Sequence record: PV173775
Direction: 5' to 3' (one strand)
Length of the DNA: 64,000 nt
DNA from: Escherichia phage GEP001
Shown here in pieces: positions 57,923 through 64,000 of the stretch (the stretch's first letter is position 1; every line of letters starts with the position of its first letter). The notes under the pieces are model-generated. The model did no database searches and had not been told where the DNA came from. It saw nothing but the letters and a program-made list of their open reading frames with translations. Made by a program: the position numbers and the translations under genes.

Positions 57923-59740
57923 ATGATTAAGAATGAAATTAAAATTCTGAGCGATATTGAACATATCAAAAAGCGTAGCGGCATGTACATTGGTTCTTCT
58001 GCTAATGAAATGCATGAGCGCTTTCTGTTTGGTAAATGGGAAAGTGTTCAGTATGTACCTGGTCTTGTTAAGCTTATTGATGAAATTATCGATAACTCAG
58101 TAGATGAAGGTATTCGTACTAAGTTTAAATTCGCAAATAAAATTAATGTTACCATTAAAAATAATCAGGTAACAGTTGAAGATAACGGTCGTGGTATTCC
58201 ACAAGCGATGGTTAAAACACCTACCGGTGAAGAAATTCCTGGTCCTGTTGCTGCCTGGACTATTCCAAAAGCAGGTGGTAACTTTGGTGATGATAAAGAA
58301 CGCGTCACCGGTGGTATGAATGGTGTTGGTTCTAGTTTAACTAACATTTTTTCTGTGATGTTTGTCGGTGAAACTGGCGATGGTCAAAATAATATTGTTG
58401 TTCGTTGTTCAAATGGCATGGAAAATAAATCATGGGAAACTATTCCTGGAAAATGGAAAGGAACTCGCGTTACTTTCATTCCTGATTTTATGTCATTTGA
58501 AACTAATGAGCTATCTCAAGTTTATCTTGACATTACGTTAGATCGTCTCCAGACACTTGCAGTAGTTTATCCTGATATTCAATTTACCTTTAATGGTAAA
58601 AAGGTTCAGGGTAATTTTAAGAAATATGCACGCCAATATGATGAACACGCCATCGTTCAAGAACAAGAAAACTGTTCTATTGCGGTTGGTCGTTCACCGG
58701 ACGGTTTTCGTCAATTAACGTACGTCAATAACATTCATACTAAGAATGGTGGCCATCACATTGACTGCGTTATGGATGATATTTGTGAAGACCTTATTCC
58801 ACAAATCAAACGTAAGTTCAAAATTGATGTAACTAAAGCACGTGTTAAAGAATGTTTGACTATCGTTATGTTTGTTCGTGATATGAAAAACACGCGATTT
58901 GACTCTCAAACTAAAGAGCGTCTGACTTCTCCATTTGGTGAAATCCGTAGTCATATTCAGCTTGATGCTAAAAAGATTTCACGTGCTATTTTAAATAATG
59001 AAGCAATTTTAATGCCAATTATTGAAGCTGCCTTGGCTCGTAAATTGGCGGCAGAAAAAGCAGCAGAAACTAAAGCAGCTAAAAAGGCTTCTAAAGCTAA
59101 GGTTCATAAACATATTAAAGCGAATCTTTGTGGTAAAGATGCTGACACTACTCTTTTCTTGACTGAGGGTGATTCTGCTATCGGATATCTTATTGATGTT
59201 CGTGATAAAGAACTTCATGGCGGTTATCCATTGCGTGGTAAAGTTCTCAACAGTTGGGGTATGTCATATGCTGATATGCTTAAAAACAAAGAACTGTTTG
59301 ATATTTGCGCAATCACTGGATTAGTTCTTGGTGAAAAAGCCGAAAACTTGAATTATCATAATATTGCTATTATGACCGATGCTGACCATGATGGTCTAGG
59401 AAGCATTTATCCTTCTTTGCTCGGATTTTTTAGTAATTGGCCAGAACTGTTTGAACAAGGAAGAATTCGCTTTGTCAAAACTCCTGTAATCATCGCTCAG
59501 GTCGGTAAAAAACAAGAATGGTTTTATACAGTCGCTGAATATGAGAGTGCTAAAGATGCTCTACCTAAACATAGCATCCGTTATATTAAGGGACTTGGCT
59601 CTTTGGAAAAATCTGAATATCGTGAGATGATTCAAAATCCAGTATATGATGTTGTTAAACTTCCTGAGAATTGGAAAGAGCTTTTTGAAATGCTCATGGG
59701 AGATAATGCTGACCTTCGTAAAGAATGGATGAGCCAGTAG
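57923..59740 (+). CDS. 39: DNA topoisomerase II large subunit (gene 39, continuous with gene 60-equivalent region)
   Basis: 605 aa from ATG 57923 (GAGGA SD); GHKL ATPase motifs; single ORF, no separate gene 60 or bypass gap. Confidence 0.9.
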   Translation: MIKNEIKILSDIEHIKKRSGMYIGSSANEMHERFLFGKWESVQYVPGLVKLIDEIIDNSVDEGIRTKFKFANKINVTIKNNQVTVEDNGRGIPQAMVKTPTGEEIPGPVAAWTIPKAGGNFGDDKERVTGGMNGVGSSLTNIFSVMFVGETGDGQNNIVVRCSNGMENKSWETIPGKWKGTRVTFIPDFMSFETNELSQVYLDITLDRLQTLAVVYPDIQFTFNGKKVQGNFKKYARQYDEHAIVQEQENCSIAVGRSPDGFRQLTYVNNIHTKNGGHHIDCVMDDICEDLIPQIKRKFKIDVTKARVKECLTIVMFVRDMKNTRFDSQTKERLTSPFGEIRSHIQLDAKKISRAILNNEAILMPIIEAALARKLAAEKAAETKAAKKASKAKVHKHIKANLCGKDADTTLFLTEGDSAIGYLIDVRDKELHGGYPLRGKVLNSWGMSYADMLKNKELFDICAITGLVLGEKAENLNYHNIAIMTDADHDGLGSIYPSLLGFFSNWPELFEQGRIRFVKTPVIIAQVGKKQEWFYTVAEYESAKDALPKHSIRYIKGLGSLEKSEYREMIQNPVYDVVKLPENWKELFEMLMGDNADLRKEWMSQ

Positions 59741-59769
59741 TTTACTTTACCACAAGGATGTGGTATAAT
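59740..59769 (+). promoter_or_regulatory. T4-type early promoter
   Basis: GTTTACTTTACCACAAGGATGTGGTATAAT; near-identical to 12965-12994. Confidence 0.6.
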
Positions 59770-59794
59770 TAATTAGGCAAATGAGGATATTGAA

Positions 59795-59998
59795 ATGAAA
59801 TCATATAAAGTAAATTTAGAACTTTTTGATAAAGCAGTTCATCGAGAATATAGAATCATTCAACGCTTTTTCGATATGGGAGAAGCCGAAGAGTTTAAAA
59901 ACCGCTTTAAGAATATTAGAGATAAAATTCAATCCGACACCGCAACTAAAGATGAACTACTAGAAGTTGCCGAAGTTATTAAACGCAATATGAATTAA
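59795..59998 (+). CDS. hypothetical protein (67 aa)
   Basis: GAGGA SD after early promoter; between 39 and rIIA. Confidence 0.5.
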   Translation: MKSYKVNLELFDKAVHREYRIIQRFFDMGEAEEFKNRFKNIRDKIQSDTATKDELLEVAEVIKRNMN

Positions 59999-60008
59999 TG
60001 AGGAAATT

Positions 60009-62186
60009 ATGATTATCACCACTGAAAAAGAAACAATTCTTGGTAATGGTTCTAAATCAAAAGCATTTAGCATCACAGCGTCTCCTAAAGTATTTAAAAT
60101 TCTGTCATCTGATTTGTATACAAACAAGATTCGCGCAGTGGTTCGTGAATTGATTACCAATATGATTGATGCCCATGCTCTTAATGGAAATCCTGAAAAA
60201 TTTATCATTCAAGTTCCAGGACGATTAGATCCGCGATTTGTTTGCCGAGATTTTGGTCCAGGTATGAGCGATTTTGATATTCAGGGTGATGATAATTCTC
60301 CTGGGTTGTATAATTCATACTTTAGTTCATCTAAGGCTGAATCTAATGATTTCATTGGTGGATTTGGTTTAGGTTCTAAATCTCCGTTTAGTTATACTGA
60401 TACATTTAGTATTACTTCATATCATAAAGGTGAAATTCGTGGTTATGTAGCTTACATGGATGGTGACGGTCCGCAGATTAAACCTACATTCGTAAAAGAA
60501 ATGGGTCCAGACGATAAAACTGGCATTGAAATCGTAGTTCCGGTTGAAGAAAAAGACTTTAGAAACTTTGCTTATGAAGTTTCTTATATCATGCGACCAT
60601 TCAAAGATTTGGCTATTATTAATGGTCTTGACCGCGAAATTGATTATTTTCCGGATTTTGATGACTATTACGGTGTAAATCCAGAAAGATACTGGCCAGA
60701 TCGTGGTGGATTGTATGCTATCTATGGCGGTATTGTTTATCCTATTGATGGCGTTATTAGAGACCGTAACTGGTTAAGCATTCGCAATGAAGTGAATTAT
60801 ATTAAGTTTCCAATGGGTTCACTTGATATTGCTCCATCGCGTGAGGCTCTTTCGCTGGATGATCGTACTCGTAAAAATATTATTGAGCGTGTTAAAGAGC
60901 TCAGTGAAAAGGCATTTAATGAAGATGTAAAACGATTTAAAGAATCTACATCTCCTCGTCATACATACCGTGAATTGATGAAGATGGGATATTCTGCTCG
61001 AGATTATATGATTAGTAATTCGGTCAAATTCACGACTAAAAATCTGTCATATAAAAAGATGCAGAGCATGTTTGAACCTGACAGTAAGTTATGCAATGCA
61101 GGGGTTGTGTATGAAGTAAATCTTGACCCTCGACTGAAACGCATTAAGCAAAGTCATGAAACTTCAGCCGTTGCATCAAGTTATCGTCTGTTTGGTATTA
61201 ATACGACAAAAATTAATATTGTTATTGATAATATTAAAAATCGTGTTAATATTGTCCGTGGATTAGCGCATGCGTTAGATGATAGCGAATTTAATAACAC
61301 CTTAAATATTCATCATAACGAGCGTCTTCTGTTTATTAATCCGGAAGTAGAATCGCAAATTGATTTACTTCCTGATATTATGGCAATGTTTGAAAGTGAT
61401 GAAGTTAACATTCATTATTTGTCAGAAATTGAAGCTTTAGTTAAAAGTTATATTCCAAAGGCAGTTAAAAGTAAAGCTCCTCGTCCTAAAGCTGCTACTG
61501 CATTTAAGTTCGAAATTAAAAACGGGCGCTGGGAAAAAGAGGAACTGTTTACGCTCACATCAGAAGCAGATGAAATTACTGGTTATGTAGCATACATGCA
61601 TCGTTCTGATATTTTCTCTATGGATGGTACTACATCGCTTTGTCATCCATCTACGAATATTTTGATTCGTATGGCTAATCTTATTGGCATTAATGAATTT
61701 TATGTTATTCGTCCGCTTTTGCAGAAAAAGGTAAAAGAACTTGGTCAGTGCCAATGTATTTTTGAAACTTTGCGTGATTTATATGTAGATGCTTTTGATG
61801 ATGTAGATTATGATAAGTATGTAGGTTATTCAAGTTCAGCTAAACGATATATTGATAAAATTATCAAGTATCCTGAGTTAGATTTTATGATGAAGTACTT
61901 CAGTGTAGATGAAGTTTCTGAAGAATATACACGACTCGCTAATATGGTTAGTTCATTACAGGGTGTATATTTCAACGGTGGAAAAGATACCATCGGTCAT
62001 GACATCTGGACAGTAACTAATCTTTTTGATGTATTATCAAATAATGCTTCAAAAAACAGTGATAAAATGGTTGCTGAGTTTACCAAGAAATTCCGTATTG
62101 TTTCCGACTTCATCGGTTATCGCAATTCTTTAAGTGATGATGAAGTTTCCCAAATCGCTAAAACTATGAAGGCCCTTGCGGCCTAA
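60009..62186 (+). CDS. rIIA: rIIA protein
   Basis: 725 aa; N-terminal GHKL-like ATPase region; matches T4 rIIA. Confidence 0.95.
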   Translation: MIITTEKETILGNGSKSKAFSITASPKVFKILSSDLYTNKIRAVVRELITNMIDAHALNGNPEKFIIQVPGRLDPRFVCRDFGPGMSDFDIQGDDNSPGLYNSYFSSSKAESNDFIGGFGLGSKSPFSYTDTFSITSYHKGEIRGYVAYMDGDGPQIKPTFVKEMGPDDKTGIEIVVPVEEKDFRNFAYEVSYIMRPFKDLAIINGLDREIDYFPDFDDYYGVNPERYWPDRGGLYAIYGGIVYPIDGVIRDRNWLSIRNEVNYIKFPMGSLDIAPSREALSLDDRTRKNIIERVKELSEKAFNEDVKRFKESTSPRHTYRELMKMGYSARDYMISNSVKFTTKNLSYKKMQSMFEPDSKLCNAGVVYEVNLDPRLKRIKQSHETSAVASSYRLFGINTTKINIVIDNIKNRVNIVRGLAHALDDSEFNNTLNIHHNERLLFINPEVESQIDLLPDIMAMFESDEVNIHYLSEIEALVKSYIPKAVKSKAPRPKAATAFKFEIKNGRWEKEELFTLTSEADEITGYVAYMHRSDIFSMDGTTSLCHPSTNILIRMANLIGINEFYVIRPLLQKKVKELGQCQCIFETLRDLYVDAFDDVDYDKYVGYSSSAKRYIDKIIKYPELDFMMKYFSVDEVSEEYTRLANMVSSLQGVYFNGGKDTIGHDIWTVTNLFDVLSNNASKNSDKMVAEFTKKFRIVSDFIGYRNSLSDDEVSQIAKTMKALAA

Positions 62187-62197
62187 TAAGGAAAATT

Positions 62198-63136
62198 ATG
62201 TACAATATTAAATGCCTGACCAAAAACGAACAAGCTGAAATTGTCAAACTGTATTCAAGTGGTAATTATACTCAGCAGGAATTGGCTGATTGGCAAGGTG
62301 TATCGGTTGATACCATCCGTCGTGTTTTGAAAAATGCTGAAGAAGCTGAGCGCTCCAAAGTTACCATTAGCGGTGACATTACAGTTGAAGTTAAGAGTGA
62401 TGCAGTTATTGCTCCAGTTGCTAAATCTGACATTATTTGGAATGCATCTAAAAAATTCATTTCAATTACTGTTGATGGCGTAACTTATAACGCAACTCCT
62501 AATACTCATTCAAACTTCCAGGAAATTCTTAATCTGCTTGTTGCAGATAAATTGGAAGAAGCGGCACAAAAAATTAATGTTCGTCGCGCTGTTGAAAAAT
62601 ATATTTCCGGCGATGTTCGAATTGAAGGTGGAAGCCTGTTCTATCAAAATATTGAATTGCGGTCTGGTTTAGTTGATCGTATTCTCGATTCGATGGAAAA
62701 AGGTGAAAACTTTGAATTTTATTTTCCATTCCTGGAAAATCTGCTGGAAAACCCAAGCCAAAAAGCAGTATCTCGACTCTTTGATTTCTTGGTAGCAAAC
62801 GATATTGAAATTACAGAAGACGGCTACTTCTATGCTTGGAAAGTAGTTCGCAGCAATTACTTTGACTGTCATTCAAATACTTTTGATAACAGCCCTGGTA
62901 AAGTAGTTAAAATGCCACGTACTCGTGTGAATGACGATGATACACAAACTTGTTCTCGTGGTCTGCATGTGTGTTCTAAATCTTATATTCGTCACTTTGG
63001 TAGTTCAACCAGTCGAGTTGTAAAAGTTAAAGTGCATCCGCGTGATGTAGTATCAATTCCGATTGATTACAACGATGCTAAAATGCGTACCTGCCAATAC
63101 GAAGTAGTTGAAGACGTTACTGAACAATTTAAATAA
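62198..63136 (+). CDS. rIIB: rIIB protein
   Basis: 312 aa; matches T4 rIIB; follows rIIA. Confidence 0.95.
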   Translation: MYNIKCLTKNEQAEIVKLYSSGNYTQQELADWQGVSVDTIRRVLKNAEEAERSKVTISGDITVEVKSDAVIAPVAKSDIIWNASKKFISITVDGVTYNATPNTHSNFQEILNLLVADKLEEAAQKINVRRAVEKYISGDVRIEGGSLFYQNIELRSGLVDRILDSMEKGENFEFYFPFLENLLENPSQKAVSRLFDFLVANDIEITEDGYFYAWKVVRSNYFDCHSNTFDNSPGKVVKMPRTRVNDDDTQTCSRGLHVCSKSYIRHFGSSTSRVVKVKVHPRDVVSIPIDYNDAKMRTCQYEVVEDVTEQFK

Positions 63137-63150
63137 GGGCTTCGGCCCTT
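63135..63150 (+). terminator. UUCG hairpin after rIIB
   Basis: AAGGGC TTCG GCCCTT. Confidence 0.5.
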
Positions 63151-63164
63151 AACTAAGGAAAATT

Positions 63165-63359
63165 ATGTTAGGTTATCAAGCACGAGTAAAAGAAGAATAC
63201 GATCAATTAATGCTCAAAATTAATGCACTGAGCAAATTTTTAGAAAGCACAAAGTTTCTAACGATTAATGAAGTTGAGCAAGAACTGCTGCTTTCACAAT
63301 TTACCTCAATGAAATCTTATGCAGATTGTTTAGAAAAAAGAATTGCACAATTCAAATAA
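63165..63359 (+). CDS. hypothetical protein (64 aa)
   Basis: AAGGAAAA SD; bracketed by two UUCG hairpins. Confidence 0.5.
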   Translation: MLGYQARVKEEYDQLMLKINALSKFLESTKFLTINEVEQELLLSQFTSMKSYADCLEKRIAQFK

Positions 63360-63362
63360 AAT

Positions 63363-63385
63363 AAGGGCTTCGGCCCTTTTGTTTT
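63363..63385 (+). terminator. intrinsic terminator
   Basis: AAGGGC TTCG GCCCTT followed by TTGTTTT. Confidence 0.65.
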
Positions 63386-63395
63386 AAGGGAAATT

Positions 63396-63725
63396 ATGAT
63401 TTATTGTATGAATATCGGTGATTCCGACATAAAAGAGATTAATCTACACGGAAATCATCACGCTAATATTGTGTACTGCAATAAATTTGAGTTTGGTCAC
63501 GAAAAACTTGGGTTTCTTTACTGTAATGATGTTATAGTCATGGATAAAAAGGAACTCGATGAACTCGACCGTGAGTCTTTAGATGAAAATGACAGAATTT
63601 ATTATGGTACTCTTAAAGTATATAACGCTTATCTCAGCGGTAAAAAGGAAAGTCTAAATGCAGAAAACGAATCCGGGTTTACAGAGACTATTTCAGATTC
63701 CGACATTTACCCTATCGAACAATGA
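63396..63725 (+). CDS. hypothetical acidic protein (109 aa)
   Basis: AAGGGAAA SD. Confidence 0.5.
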   Translation: MIYCMNIGDSDIKEINLHGNHHANIVYCNKFEFGHEKLGFLYCNDVIVMDKKELDELDRESLDENDRIYYGTLKVYNAYLSGKKESLNAENESGFTETISDSDIYPIEQ

Positions 63726-63738
63726 TTTGACTAGTGAA

Positions 63739-64000
63739 ATGAAGGTCAAAATTGCTGATACAGCAAGATACTCTTTAAAACAAAACCCGAACCAGGATAA
63801 AGCAGAAGTTATTGAAAGATGCCGTATCGCTGTGTATGCAGAGTTTTTTGTAGCAGATTGGCTGAGCGGGTATGTTAATAAAGGTCAAGAGGATGTTAAT
63901 GACCCGTATACATATGCGTGGGATGTACTGGCGCATCCAAAATACTGCGGGCTTCGTGTAGAAGTCAAAACACATCAAACTGACTCACGTTGGATTTCGA
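63739..64000 (+). CDS. hypothetical protein, 3'-truncated at window end
   Basis: ATG 63739 with GTGAAATG context; open to the end of the window. Confidence 0.4.
   Translation, partial: MKVKIADTARYSLKQNPNQDKAEVIERCRIAVYAEFFVADWLSGYVNKGQEDVNDPYTYAWDVLAHPKYCGLRVEVKTHQTDSRWIS

Noticed and set aside
57923-60008. Gene 60-type translational bypass (hop) element
   Set aside because: The topoisomerase ORF is continuous with no stop-interrupted coding gap, so a bypass is not needed here.
62170-62184. GGCC...GGCC hairpin at the rIIA/rIIB junction as a terminator
   Set aside because: It lies within the last codons of rIIA, has no U tract, and rIIB follows immediately; more likely a coding-sequence coincidence.

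Overview
The window is one contiguous block of a T4-like (T-even, Tequatrovirus-type) phage genome, read antisense to the usual T4 map so that almost every gene is on the + strand. All identifications come from reading the translated ORFs and the DNA by eye; no database search was run, and hand-derived coordinates may be off by a nucleotide or two. Gene order follows T4: regB, tk, rI, a long run of small early ORFs, nrdC, 49, nrdD, nrdG, nrdH-like, 55, a-gt, 47, 46, rpbA, 45, 44, 62, regA, 43, imm, 42, uvsX, 40, 41, dmd, sp, 61, dam, 56, soc, modB, modA, dda, dexA, 39, rIIA, rIIB. Several features look T2/T6-like rather than T4: gene 39 is a single 605-codon ORF, nrdD is uninterrupted, soc and 56 are adjacent, and a GT-A-type glycosyltransferase sits where T4 has beta-gt. 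About 16 early promoters of the form GTTTAC-N18-TATAAT-like, a few MotA-box middle promoters, and many GGGCTTCGGCCC-type hairpins punctuate the operons. No tRNA, rRNA, CRISPR array or transposon was seen. The candidates most worth follow-up are a PD-(D/E)xK-like ORF translationally coupled to dam with a divergent small membrane gene, a nucleotidyltransferase plus AAA+ ATPase pair, a run of coiled-coil-tailed paralogs, a macro-domain protein, a variable locus around dmd/sp, and repeated promoter cassettes whose -10 element sits inside an inverted repeat.
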